From Nitrospirales bacterium (GTDB taxonomy: Bacteria > Nitrospirota > Nitrospiria > Nitrospirales > UBA8639), in the NCBI GenBank assembly GCA_963555755.3, contig OY820905.2:1824001-1888000 (forward strand): a DNA stretch of 64,000 nt. Reading direction: 5' to 3'. Positions within the stretch are counted from its first letter, which is position 1. Each line of letters begins with the position of its first letter. Under the pieces are notes generated by a model, which searched no databases, had not been told where the DNA came from, and saw only the letters and a list, made by a program, of their open reading frames with translations. A program made the translations under genes and the position numbers. This document shows, one piece after another, positions 1-10,363 of this stretch.

Positions 1-329
1 TTCTGGTAGGACGCTAAGAGCAAATTGACCAGCAACGTACTGAGTTGTTTCTTGCGAATGATCTCTTTGAGATCCAAGGACTCCCATTTATGTTGCTGCG
101 ACAAGGCTTCAAATCGTCGGGTGTCCAGTTCAACACACACGCCATCCGGCTGTTCCTCTTCGATAACGTCCCGAACTAAATCAGCAGATTCCTGGGAGAT
201 ATGTATCGTTCCGACCAACACAATTGTCTTGTCGCGAACCGACAGGACATGCACATCAGGGGAGGACCGTACGCTGGAGGAGGTTGGTTTCTGTGCTGGC
301 GTTGACTCGTGTGCTTCACATGATTCCAT
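1..329 (-). CDS. TraB/GumN-family (pheromone shutdown TraB-like) protein, N-terminal part; runs off the window
   Basis: Manual translation: MESCEA...IVLVGTIHISQESADLVRDVIEEEQPDGVCVELDTRRFEAL..WESLDLKEIIRKKQLSTLLVNLLLASYQ. The LVGTxHIS and VCVELD motifs are typical of TraB. Not in the ORF track because it is truncated. Confidence 0.85.
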   Translation of the reverse strand, partial: MESCEAHESTPAQKPTSSSVRSSPDVHVLSVRDKTIVLVGTIHISQESADLVRDVIEEEQPDGVCVELDTRRFEALSQQHKWESLDLKEIIRKKQLSTLLVNLLLASYQ

Positions 330-537
330 CAATACACCATGAACAGATGATCCTGATCTTGTCAAGAAAGGGTAAGACGTCTGAATCCCCATCGTGCTAT
401 ACTGAAGGCATTGAACCTAGAAATGGAAGTTGGGCACAAAAAAGACGTGTAAGATATTGGTGTGCATGGTGAAATATAAAAAATCGTGGTCACCTCTGGG
501 GTGATGAGACATTTTTATATTTTACCAGGTGCGCTCA

Positions 538-799
538 GGGTCCGTCACGAAATAACCGGTACAATTGGGAGGCCCAGATTTGTGATCGGGGCAAGGCGCG
601 ACGAGGGAGCAGAGCGGGGCTCTGTGACCGAGGAGCAACGCCGCCCCGGGCCAAAGATGGGCCTCCCCGAGGGCCGGACGCTTTTGGGCTCCGCCCGCGT
701 CGCTCATCGCTTCCATACTCCCGGTATGCGCGCTCTTCGCTCCTTGGCTCGCTCCAAAATCGTCTCGGCCAATTGTCCCGGTTATTTCGTGACGGACCC
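538..799. mobile_element. MITE-like element, family A
   Basis: About 31-bp terminal inverted repeats GGGTCCGTCACGAAATAACCGG(T/G)ACAATTGG; flanks TCA/TAA; no coding capacity. Confidence 0.8.
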
Positions 800-888
800 T
801 AAGAGCTTGCGCGGACTTTTGTGATCCAACTGCCGTTTCTAGGTTGAACATTGAAACCACAAAATTTACTCATGATCGATATACACCA

Positions 889-1080
889 ATGAGCAATACT
901 CGCATCGCCAAACGCATGTGGTTATGGATTAATCGGGATGGCAGTCGATGGAAACTGGCAAAAACGGAGGAGGGGTTTTGGTTTTGCCCAGTGGGTTCTG
1001 GAGGCAAACGCCGAGGGTCTTGGGAAGCCGGATTCCCTCCGGGGTTAGACGATATTCCTCCTTGGCATAAGCAGTCATAG
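889..1080 (+). CDS. hypothetical small protein
   Basis: Trp-rich ORF (MSNTRIAKRMWLWINRDG...) directly followed by an RBS-led ORF; no family recognised. Confidence 0.35.
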   Translation: MSNTRIAKRMWLWINRDGSRWKLAKTEEGFWFCPVGSGGKRRGSWEAGFPPGLDDIPPWHKQS

Positions 1081-1096
1081 GAGTTATGGTTGGGTT

Positions 1097-1414
1097 ATGA
1101 CTCGGAACCTTCGGATCTCAAGTTATCGACTGGCTTTTTGGCATGCGCCTAAACGGGCACGTCACGAGGAAGAGGATGACTTGGATTGCATATTTTGCCA
1201 ATTCACTGAAGGAGTCGCCCGAATGCGTGATGTCGCGGGCTACCTTCACCACAGAGGTTTTACGATTACCGAATGTGATAACCGCTCTTTGACTATTGCC
1301 CTGGATAACTCGTCCGAGACCTCAGACATAATCCTTTCACACGACAAGTCGGCGTTGCTTCGAATCATTTCCGGGCAACGAGCATTCGCCTTCCCCTCTC
1401 CACGTTTTGAATAA
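1097..1414 (+). CDS. hypothetical protein
   Basis: 105-aa ORF with GGAG upstream and a CxxC motif (CIFC); no family recognised. Confidence 0.4.
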   Translation: MTRNLRISSYRLAFWHAPKRARHEEEDDLDCIFCQFTEGVARMRDVAGYLHHRGFTITECDNRSLTIALDNSSETSDIILSHDKSALLRIISGQRAFAFPSPRFE

Positions 1415-1418
1415 AGAC

Positions 1419-2183
1419 TCACTTCGGCATTTGAGAAGCATTCGTTTCTCGATCTTCAGGAGTCAACATCCGAACCTTGCCAAACTCCCCGTCATATCCT
1501 GGCGCAATCGTGACGTTGCCTTCTCGCATGGGTTGAATAGCAATCGCTAATAACGTTCCGCTGTGTTCTTCGATATCGACTATCGGCACATCCATGAGAA
1601 TAGAGAATTCATTGCCTAAGGGTTCGCGCAAGAATAACTTCCCCTGTGTGGGTGCTGAGACACCTGTCTGGCAAGGCGCGAGGACTGCGCATACTCCTGT
1701 ATGGAAAGGACGAGCAACGCCGCCAGACGGGATGGATCAACGTCCAAACAGGGGAAGTTATTCTTGCGCGAACCCTAAGTCCGCGAGTACACGATGATAG
1801 ACCCCCGTCACGCCTTTGGTGGTGACACCTGCACCTCTGATTTCAGAAAGGATTTCCACCAAGGGAACGAGGCTCCAGAAGGGTAACGCATTGGGGAAAC
1901 GATGGCCCGTCGGTTGATCCGCAAGTAACTCCGCTCGGCACGACTCAGGGATCTCACGATCTACAGGTGCGGCCAGTTCTGGCTTAAGGCGATAAAGGCC
2001 CTACTCTGCCGGTACAAGTTTTCTTGCAGCTCGGCAAACCAGGCAGGATGCGTGACGTCACCGGTCCCGACGACGGTAATCCCTTTGAGCTGCGCCCAGC
2101 GATAGAGACTTTCCGGAATCATGTGTTTGCTCCCCGCACGAGAGTAGCGGGAATGAAGTATGAAGATCGGCGATGAATGACAT
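1419..2183 (-). pseudogene. Endonuclease Q / TIGR00375 PHP-family pseudogene
   Basis: Fragments MSFIADLH / HSRYSRAGSKHM...KGITVVGTGDVTHPAWFAEL / ...LVPLVEIL...LG | NEFSILMDVP...PGYDGEFGKVRML. There is a frameshift near the start, a large internal deletion and a MITE inserted at 1620-1775. Confidence 0.8.
1620..1775. mobile_element. MITE-like element, family B (156 bp)
   Basis: TIR GGGTTCGCGCAAGAATAACTTCCCCTGT; perfect TAA target duplication (1617-1619 and 1776-1778). Removing it restores the reading ...ADLGNEF. Confidence 0.9.
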
Positions 2184-2275
2184 GATTGTTCCCTCAAAAA
2201 CGGAGCAAGCATAGCGGAGCCATCGATTGGGGCCAGAGATGGAAAAGAACTTACCGGTATGGGGCTGTATCTATA

Positions 2276-2416
2276 GGGCACCTCTAAAAACCGTCCTTTT
2301 CCGTGATGGCGGCGTCAGCCGCGTGCTCACATCCTCATGTATTCGCCCATACACTCCGGTTTTCCGCGCGCGGCTTCCTTGCCCTCACAAAAAATGCCTG
2401 GTTTGTAGAGTTGCCC
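2276..2416. mobile_element. MITE-like element, family C (141 bp)
   Basis: TIR GGGCACCTCTA(A/C)AAACC; TATA on both flanks; near-identical copies at 7120, 28508 and 32770. Confidence 0.9.
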
Positions 2417-2952
2417 TATAGTGAGAATAAGTGCCCTCGCTTTCGGTTTCTGCTAAAGCTCCCCTCTCATAAAACAGAAACGAAAGATCTCTACTCTGCC
2501 AAAACCAAAATAGATTGATGCTGAAATCTTGAAAGGCTCTTCTCCAAATCGTGTGGGTAACTTCTGGGGTTTTTCACTCCCCTCCTTTGTAAGGGGGTAG
2601 GGGAGGGATGATCAGGGTGAGGCCTCAAGAAAGCCTGGCCACTTTTCCCACGGTCAAAAAACCCACCAACCTCTTTTCCAGCGAGCCTTTCAGGACATGA
2701 CTCGCCCCAATTTACCCACTCACTTGGGAGAAGACCCTCTTGAAATTTTCAAATTAGGAGTAATGACCATCAAGACTTTTAAACAATACACCGAAATAAC
2801 TAAGAAATGACTGTATCCTGAAAATTTTTCAAGCCTGTTGATTCTAGACTCATTGACACATCATCTACCTCCTGTCTGGAACAGATATTGCATTAAACAT
2901 TAGAGAATCTATTTTATTGTATCTTTCCTATAGTATTTGAGGGGAGAAACAT

Positions 2953-4341
2953 TTGGTCGACCACACCAATGGGGCTGGGTTTACTAAGAAATCTCGACCA
3001 GCGATGATCGCGCTCATACTGGCCAGTGTTGTGTTTTGGACACATTTGTGTGCAGATATTGCCACAGCCTTGACTCCTCAAATCACGACGCCTTCCTCAA
3101 CTGGCTCCCTTTTTGAAACGTCCACAATATTAGATGCCCGAGACTTGCTCCCCCCGGAACTGTTACAAGGCGACCATTATACCGTGCTCGACCAAGTTGA
3201 ACCATTCCGATTTATTAACCATTTCACGATATCATCGCCATTTGGACAATTCGATGCCTACGGGCAAGACATGCTCCGGATTCGCATTCGAGAGATTCAA
3301 GCCTTAGTGAAATTACAAGAGGAAGGCGCACTGGATCAGATTTCGGCATTTTGGCATGGCGTGGTCCACGCCGTGGTAAGCCCTCTGAAGTTTTTGGTCA
3401 GTCTGTTGACCGATCCAGTGGAAACGATTATTCAAATTCCCAAAGGGCTATGGCGTGTCACCACTCGCCTCAAGGAAATGGCCACCGGCGATCGAGGGAA
3501 TTTGGAAGATCCCGTAAGCAAGGAATTGATCGGTTTTTCGATGGTGAAACGAAAAATCGCCGACAAATTGGGAGTGGATACCTACTCCTCTAATCCTGTG
3601 CTACAGGATACTCTCAATCGACTCAGTTGGGCCGGGTATGCCGGTGATACAGGCGTCCGCCTGCTCACCATTCCCGTGGCAGGTCCCGCAGGGGCCGTGT
3701 TAACGGGCACGACCTTGAGCATGACCGTCAGTGACATCCTACGGGACTATGCCCCGGAAGATCTTCGACGCTTGAACCGTGACAAACTGGAAGACATGGA
3801 TATTGATGAATGGATCATCGAGGACTTTCTCAGCCATCCGTGGTACTCCCCTCGACACGAAACCGTCATCGTCCAAGCTCTCTCCGAAATGCAGTCTGTC
3901 GCCAACCGTGGCCGGTTTCTTGAAGTCGCGATATCGGCTCAATTCGAAGAGGACGCGTTGTTTTTTCAACGACTCTCGGAGATGTTGGTCGCCTATCACC
4001 ATAATGTCCGGCCCCTGAGTGACATCGTGACCATCGACAACCAACTTGTCGTGGGGTACGCCAATAATCATACGCTGATTGCCATGATTCCGATGGCTCG
4101 ATTAGCCTGGCACCGGGAGGTGGCGGAGGCGGCACAGCGTATTCGGCATTGGAACAGTCCAGACCATTCAACTCAGAACGTGGAAGTATGGATTTCAGGA
4201 GAGCCCACCCCCACCGCGGCCAGAAATCTCAAGGCCTTGGGGCTCACCGTCAAAAAATTTGTGGGGAATCATTTGCGATGGGCTTCGGCAGGAGAGCCCC
4301 TCAACTATGCAGCAAGCGCTCTTCCCTTTGGCCAAGAATAG
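2953..4341 (+). CDS. conserved hypothetical exported protein
   Basis: 462-aa ORF with an N-terminal hydrophobic signal-like segment and GAGGGG upstream. The start may be at 3004. Confidence 0.75.
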   Translation: MVDHTNGAGFTKKSRPAMIALILASVVFWTHLCADIATALTPQITTPSSTGSLFETSTILDARDLLPPELLQGDHYTVLDQVEPFRFINHFTISSPFGQFDAYGQDMLRIRIREIQALVKLQEEGALDQISAFWHGVVHAVVSPLKFLVSLLTDPVETIIQIPKGLWRVTTRLKEMATGDRGNLEDPVSKELIGFSMVKRKIADKLGVDTYSSNPVLQDTLNRLSWAGYAGDTGVRLLTIPVAGPAGAVLTGTTLSMTVSDILRDYAPEDLRRLNRDKLEDMDIDEWIIEDFLSHPWYSPRHETVIVQALSEMQSVANRGRFLEVAISAQFEEDALFFQRLSEMLVAYHHNVRPLSDIVTIDNQLVVGYANNHTLIAMIPMARLAWHREVAEAAQRIRHWNSPDHSTQNVEVWISGEPTPTAARNLKALGLTVKKFVGNHLRWASAGEPLNYAASALPFGQE

Positions 4342-4469
4342 GCCTCTCCTGCATCATCAGTGATCCTTTGCCGTTTACCCGGTGACAACACCCGCACTCT
4401 TTTTTGAACCCACACATAAACACGATTCTCCAAATTCACCCAATATAGTTGGCAGAGGCTTTCGCATTC

Positions 4470-5072
4470 TTATAACACTTCCTCCTGACCTTTCGGGTTC
4501 CATTTCCGGGCTAACTGTTTGGCTTTTTCGATCTGAGCCGGCGTCATCACCTCTTCCAACATCGGCAAAGCCATGAGGGCAGGATCCATGCCCTGGTTAG
4601 CTGCCAGGAAGGCCCATTTATATGATTGCACGTAATCTTGAGCCACACCCTCCCCTTTGAAATACAACAATCCTAAATGGTTTTGCCCAGCCGCATTGTC
4701 TTGCTCGGCTGCTCGAAGAAACCAATAAAAGGCCTGGCGATAATCCTTCGGAACGCCCAATCCATGCAGATAGACCATGCCTAGGTTATTTTGGGCTCTG
4801 GAATGTCCTTGATCCGCCGACCGCTTGTACCACTCCCGAGCTTTGGCAAAATCTTGGTCAACCCCTTGTCCCCATCGATACATATAACCCAGCATGTTTT
4901 GCGCTTCGGCATGACCTTGAGCCGCCAAAGGTGACCATTCTCCAAACGCCGCTTCAAAATCCTCGGCAATATACGCTCTCTCTCCTTCATCAAAATCAGC
5001 CCATGTGGGGAGTGCCGCAAGAAGAATGATCCCGATGATCATACCAATAGTAGAAAGAGTTTTGTTATTCAT
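4470..5072 (-). CDS. Sel1-like repeat protein
   Basis: Signal peptide and repeats AQNMLGYMY..GQGV.QD..KA..WY..SA.QG, AQNNLG, GQNHLG. Confidence 0.92.
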   Translation of the reverse strand: MNNKTLSTIGMIIGIILLAALPTWADFDEGERAYIAEDFEAAFGEWSPLAAQGHAEAQNMLGYMYRWGQGVDQDFAKAREWYKRSADQGHSRAQNNLGMVYLHGLGVPKDYRQAFYWFLRAAEQDNAAGQNHLGLLYFKGEGVAQDYVQSYKWAFLAANQGMDPALMALPMLEEVMTPAQIEKAKQLARKWNPKGQEEVL

Positions 5073-5130
5073 TTGCCCCCCTGGGTTATGATCTGAACCC
5101 ATGCGTAGGATTACTCACACTATTCAGTTA

Positions 5131-5309
5131 GAACCTGAGAGAAAATACCTTGGACAATATCGCGCCAAGATTTGGGTCGGATTTGGACGGAACGATTGAG
5201 AAACACCCGAGGCATAGCACAGCTATGTGGAGGGTGTTTCGATTGAGGCCCGTTCAAAGATGACCCGAAGATTGGATGCGAGATGTCCAAGGTATTTTCT
5301 CTCAGGTTC
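5131..5309. mobile_element. MITE-like element, family D (179 bp)
   Basis: TIR GAACCTGAGAGAAAATACCTTGGACA; TTA duplication (5128-5130 and 5310-5312); copies at 29205 and 46594. Confidence 0.9.
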
Positions 5310-6348
5310 TTAACGACTCCAAATCAATGACGAACCGAAACCGGACATCACCCTTCACGACCCGATCATAGGCCTCGTTCACTTGCTGGATCGGAATCAC
5401 CTCGACATCAGACGGAATTTGATGCTCGGCACAAAAATCGAGCATGTCCTGAGTCTCTTGAATCCCGCCTATCAGCGACCCCACTAAGCGCCTCCGCTTA
5501 AGGACGAGATGAAAAGCCGCAACCGACAACGGATCACTGGGTGCCCCAACTACAATCATTGTCCCATCTCGAGTCAGCAAATCCAAATAGGCGTTGTAGT
5601 CGTGATACTCTGAAACGGTATCGATCAGAAAATCAAACTTGCCTGAAAGCCCAGCCATTGCCCTGTCTTTCTCGGTGGCCACAAAGTCAACAGCCCCCAG
5701 TCGTTCCGCATCGGGCCGTTTGGATTCAGACCGACTAAAAACAGTCACATCAGCACCGAACGCACGTCCAATTTTCACAGCCATGTGACCAAGCCCACCC
5801 AGCCCAACGACACCCAACCGGTGCCCTTTCCCCACACCCCAATGTTTCAGCGGCGAATAGGTCGTGATGCCCGCACACAACAACGGAGCAGCTCCCTCCA
5901 AAGCCAGGGAAGAAGGTATTCGCAGTACATACTTTTCATCCACAACAATCTGTTTCGAATAGCCGCCATACGTTGGCGCACCCTGCTTATCGAGGCCGTT
6001 ATAGGTGATGATCATGCCGTCTTCGCAATACTGCTCAAGGCCTTCCTGACAGGAGGCACAGGTCCGACAAGAATCCACGAAACACCCAACACCAACCGTA
6101 TTGCCCTCTTTAAACGTTTTGACTTCGGGGCCGACCTGAACGGCGGTCCCCACAATTTCATGCCCTGGGACCATCGGGAAAATCGACCCCCCCCACTCAT
6201 CACGAACTTGATGGATGTCGGAATGACAAATTCCGCAATACCGAATGTGGATCAGAACATCATGAGGGCCAACGGATCGACGATCACAATTAAACGGTTC
6301 CAGCACTGCTCCAGCTTGTAACGCAGCGTAGCCTTTGGTCTGTGGCAT
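5302..6348 (-). CDS. Zn-dependent NAD(P) alcohol dehydrogenase (cinnamyl-ADH/YahK-like)
   Basis: CGICHSD, GHEIVG, structural Zn motif CRTCASC...C, LLCAGITTYSPL, GLGGLG, RFRFVID. Confidence 0.95.
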   Translation of the reverse strand: MPQTKGYAALQAGAVLEPFNCDRRSVGPHDVLIHIRYCGICHSDIHQVRDEWGGSIFPMVPGHEIVGTAVQVGPEVKTFKEGNTVGVGCFVDSCRTCASCQEGLEQYCEDGMIITYNGLDKQGAPTYGGYSKQIVVDEKYVLRIPSSLALEGAAPLLCAGITTYSPLKHWGVGKGHRLGVVGLGGLGHMAVKIGRAFGADVTVFSRSESKRPDAERLGAVDFVATEKDRAMAGLSGKFDFLIDTVSEYHDYNAYLDLLTRDGTMIVVGAPSDPLSVAAFHLVLKRRRLVGSLIGGIQETQDMLDFCAEHQIPSDVEVIPIQQVNEAYDRVVKGDVRFRFVIDLESLRT

Positions 6349-6556
6349 TGAATCTCCTTACACGTGTTTCAAACGGGGTGAATATCGTATGGGTTCCCTT
6401 CCACATGACATGATTCATCATGACATATCCAAAGGAGCCTCGTCGATCTAAACACGGTTGTTTATTCTCAAGACGCCAGGGTAAAGGGAATGCTTAAATG
6501 GGAAGAGAGGTATGAGAAACGATTTCTCTAGCTCACTCGTTCAGTGGGGAAAAAAC

Positions 6557-6970
6557 TTATTCCGCAACAACTTTTGCTGGTAACACGTGAGCACTCGGTG
6601 GCACCGGGCGTGTCCAAATGAAAGTGAGGACACTGATCCCAATGAGTAAGATCACGACTTTCACCATCAGCCCCACGTTCACAACCGTAAACGTCACCGC
6701 AAACGTGCCAACGATAAGCACGGTCGCTTTGGTCTTGGCCGTTTTGCAAATACTGCCATTTTGTTGCCAATCTTGAATAAGAGGACCCATTTGGGGGTGA
6801 GTGGTCAGCCACTGATATAGCCGTTCCGAACTGCGACTAAAACAATAGGCCGCCAATAGAATGAAGGGAGTCGTTGGTAACAGGGGAAGAATAATGCCCA
6901 CACACCCCAGGATGAGACTGACCCACCCTCCAATAAAGAACAAGACTCTGAGTGGCTGCAACTGTTTCAT
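6557..6970 (-). CDS. ybaN: YbaN/DUF454 inner-membrane protein
   Basis: GIILPLLPTTPFILLAAYCFSRSSERL signature. Confidence 0.9.
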   Translation of the reverse strand: MKQLQPLRVLFFIGGWVSLILGCVGIILPLLPTTPFILLAAYCFSRSSERLYQWLTTHPQMGPLIQDWQQNGSICKTAKTKATVLIVGTFAVTFTVVNVGLMVKVVILLIGISVLTFIWTRPVPPSAHVLPAKVVAE

Positions 6971-7119
6971 GGCAATACCCCTGGAATGACCTTCTCCTCT
7001 TTCTTATCGGTCACTGGTGGCGTCTGAATAAGAACGGAAAGACAGAAACTTCAACACCTTTCAAAAAACCTGGACGAACGGTACAGTAAAACAAGCATGA
7101 CACCCGACAGAACACACAT

Positions 7120-7260
7120 GGGCACCTCTAAAAACCGTCCTTTTCCGTGATGGCGGCGTCAGCCGCGTGCTCAAATCCTCATGTATTCGCCCATACACTC
7201 CGGTTTTCCGCGCGCGGCTTCCTTGCCCTCACAAAAAATGCCTGGTTTTTAGAGGTGCCC
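7120..7260. mobile_element. MITE-like element, family C
   Basis: Same sequence as the 2276 copy; 4-bp ACAT duplication; the right copy provides the AT of the downstream ATG. Confidence 0.9.
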
Positions 7261-7759
7261 ACATGTCTTCTCCTGACGATTGGAATAGCTTTTGTGAGTC
7301 GAGAGGTGACTATCTCACAGCTCTCGCTATTACCGTGGCCCAAGGGGTGACCCGCCAAGACACGAGCTACCCGGCATTTTGCGGATGTATCGATTGGCAT
7401 TCCTGTGTTCACGGCCTCTATGCGTTGCTCACCGTTTCACGACTCACAGACGATCCGCAATGGGCCGAGATTGTGGAATCGCGATTCGAGCCAGGCAAGC
7501 TCGAGCAGGAACTTGTGGCCATCCAACGAGAGGAAATCAATCAAGAAATGCCGTATGGGTTTGCGTGGTTTCTGAAACTGGCACAAGAACGGGAGCGGTC
7601 GTCAGACCACCAGGATTTACGGCCTTTGGCTACGGAACTCGCCCGACGATTGGAACAGTGGATTTTTTCTTTTTCCTCGGAAGAGATTATTTACCACGTT
7701 CAACATCGCGCCTATGGCAATCTCTCCTGGGCCCTACTCAATTTGTGGGAATGGGTTCA

Positions 7760-8771
7760 TATGCCTTCCCATTTAACTAAGGTTGCTTCAGTTTATTGAA
7801 TCCCAAGGGTTTTGAGCTGCTGGTCAGGATTTTCAACAAACTCTGGAAGGTACTCATTGGAGTCTCACGGCGGTTATAGCGAAAGACAAACTCATCAAGA
7901 TAGTGTTGCAGGTATTTTGAATCCACTCCATGGTGAATCCCGTTCAGCCAGGTCTGCAGATTGCCGAACGCTCTATGGATGTATGGAGCGTGCTTCCCAG
8001 CACTTGCTGGGTCACCCTGGGTCCGTCTCAGGTGTTCGTATCCTGCCAAGGCTTTTGCCGAGTATCCCTTCCAACCATCGGACTTGATCTTACTGCCCTC
8101 AGCGACATGGCTATTGAGGAATGCTTTGATCTCGTTCTCTCCAGCGTCTTGAAGAATCGCTAATCGTAAACGCCCTGCTTTCTCTCGAAAGTGATCCCCT
8201 TGTGTGTACGTGACAATTTCTACGGCTCCGGCTATTAACGTCTTGGTTTTCGCTTTCGCGACGCCACGGCCCGTTTTGCCTTTTACCGGTCCACCGATAT
8301 GGGTTTCATCGGCTTCAACTGTTCCTGCGAGCCGTTCACGGTTCTGTCGTACCATTCCTCGTCGCAATCTGTGGAGCAAATACCAGGCGCTATCCACCTT
8401 CTTGATACTGAGTTGACGCTGCAATTGCACAGCACTGATGCCAGGTGTGTGCGTGGAGACGAAATAGGCAGCCCAAAACCAAAGCCGTAGCGGCAAGTGC
8501 GATCTATGCATCACTGTGCCGCTTAGCGGTGATGTCTGTCTATGACACGACGAACACTCAAACCGGAAATATTTTTTGAGCCACCAACCACCGCGATGAC
8601 CGCAAGCTGGACACATAAACCCGTCTGGCCACCGAATCGCCCGCAAGTACTCGAAGCACGCTTCTTCGGTGTGGAACCTAACAGAAAAATCCAAGATATC
8701 AGCAGCATACCCTGTGTCCATAGTCCAGCAGACTAGTCTAGGGACTAACCTTAGTCAAATGGGAAGGCATA
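7760..8771 (-). mobile_element. IS1595-family insertion sequence (1012 bp)
   Basis: TIR TATGCCTTCCCATTT(A/G)ACTAAGGTT; 8-bp TSD TGGGTTCA (7752-7759 and 8772-8779). Confidence 0.95.
7777..8721 (-). CDS. IS1595-family (ISXO2-like) transposase
   Basis: Zn ribbon CPAC..CSSC, VEADETHIGG, SDGW, YLDEFVFRYNRR. Confidence 0.95.
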   Translation of the reverse strand: MDTGYAADILDFSVRFHTEEACFEYLRAIRWPDGFMCPACGHRGGWWLKKYFRFECSSCHRQTSPLSGTVMHRSHLPLRLWFWAAYFVSTHTPGISAVQLQRQLSIKKVDSAWYLLHRLRRGMVRQNRERLAGTVEADETHIGGPVKGKTGRGVAKAKTKTLIAGAVEIVTYTQGDHFREKAGRLRLAILQDAGENEIKAFLNSHVAEGSKIKSDGWKGYSAKALAGYEHLRRTQGDPASAGKHAPYIHRAFGNLQTWLNGIHHGVDSKYLQHYLDEFVFRYNRRETPMSTFQSLLKILTSSSKPLGFNKLKQP

Positions 8772-9249
8772 TGGGTTCAATTTCGGAAGGATACCGAACG
8801 AGCCGAGGCGTTGGTGAGATGGACCAAAGATCATGTACTTCCCCTCGATCAGGCTGTGCCTCTTTCTTTCGATAACGAGACGAATGAATTCTTCTCCGCC
8901 TCGCTTCAACGTACACGAGCTTTGCTAGCAATTTTATCCAAGGAAGAAAGCCAGGAATGGCTGGAGGATTTTTTTCGTGAGGGGGTTTTCCTCCAACCCG
9001 TGGAGCACCCCTCATCTCCACATTCGGCAGGGTTGAACTTCAGTCGCAGTTGGGCCTTTTGGGATCTGTACACCCATACGGGCGAAACAGCCTTTCGTGA
9101 CCAGTACATCCATCACATTGTCACGCATATCGACTTACCACAGTACTGGCGTGATGACTATAAACAGTACAGCCATTGGGTCGCGCAGTTTGGCATTTAT
9201 GCCATTGCTCTGAGCATGAGTGAACCCTCGATTGGATCCCCTCCTTTGT

Positions 9250-10005
9250 ATTGAGCGCATTTCCACAGAAGGATGCGGATAGGGGAGGAAAAGTCGTAAA
9301 CTTGGCGATTACGGTGCGCGACCTTTTCAATTTTACCCTACAGGTCTCTGCCCCTTCGCACGCACCCCCCCAATGCTTGAAGGTTTGATTATTGCCAGGG
9401 ATCGCGATGAGCATGACAACGGAATTTTTTGGAAACTTGCCAACACACACACCGTTTGAACATTCAAGACCTTTAGGAGAACTGGTGACACTCCCCTCAC
9501 CTTTTACAATCACCCGTAACGGAAGAAGCCGGGGCATTGGAAATGTTGCCATAACTTTGCGAGGTCCATTGAGTCTGCCCTGACACCCCTTAGAGCCACG
9601 ACAGGCCCCCAGCCAACGATGAAAAAGAGGCCCTTCACCGAGCTCGGCCTGAAGTCTTACCACAGTGCCACGAGGAAATTCAGCGGAACACCTCCCAGCA
9701 GAACAGGACAGGCAATCGGGGAAACTTGTTACGGTGCCTCCCCCCCGAACCATGATGTTCAGAGGTACCGGCCGATGTCTTTTCTGAAACTGATGATCGT
9801 TTGATTTGGTCATGGCCTCGGGAGCCACGAGTAACGTGAGCAGGAAGGCAAGCTGAAGGGCTATGCCAATCTTGGAAAACGCCGTGACACCCTGCCATCC
9901 TGGGCGTGACCCTTGTCGTAGAAATCTAGCCCTTACTCGATTGCCTGAGGAGGACACACCATCCTCAGTGTTATTCGCTGTTACCGTATGGTGTTGCACC
10001 GACAT
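9250..10005 (-). CDS. Protein with two InlB B-repeat/Flg_new-like Cys-containing repeats; probably truncated
   Basis: Two repeats G.G.VTS.P..L.C....C...F......V.L.A.......F..W.GAC.G...C...L...R.V.A.F after a TM/signal segment. The ORF runs on to 9121, overlapping the opposite gene, so the true end is uncertain. Confidence 0.7.
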
Positions 10006-10309
10006 GGTCTTCCTCCCTATGAAACCAACAAAACCCCTTCTTCTCGCACCACTCCATTGGGACCATGAGAATCATTCTCTTCTTTGGTCAGTGCCAATTG
10101 TTCAGGGGGTCTTCCCAAGGAATACCCGGCAAGGGTTACTGATGTTGAACTATGGATTCCTCATGACTCGCACCAACGCATATCGTGGTTAATTTTACTC
10201 CTCACCCACGATCCATTATCGGCAGGCGAAGAAACTTTTTGCTTGAGTGCAGTTGAAAGGCAGTGTGAAATCTGCCGAGGAGAAAAAGAAGGAGGAAGAA
10301 GAGTCCGAG

Positions 10310-10363
10310 TCCAGACGGGATGGATCGACGCCCAAACAGGGGAAGTTATTTTTGCGCGAGCCC
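10310..10363. mobile_element. Half copy (right end) of MITE family B
   Basis: ccagacgggatggatcgacgcccaaacaggggaagttatttttgcgcgagccc-taa matches the right arm of 1620-1775 and abuts a stop codon. Confidence 0.75.

Larger units (their letters stand above)
7263..9254 (+). pseudogene. DUF2891-family gene split by IS1595
   Basis: PAFCGCIDWHSCVHG, PYGFAWFLKLA, GLNFSRSW and YSHWVAQFGIYA motifs. Removing 7760-8779 rejoins WEWVQFRKDTERAEALVRW in frame. Confidence 0.88.

Noticed and set aside
486..860. Overlapping 112-aa ORFs on both strands
   Set aside because: They are translations of the palindromic family A MITE. The same applies to the recurring small ORFs at 2227-2518, 7147-7350, 28517-28766, 32797-33185, 42191-42514 and 46591-46845.
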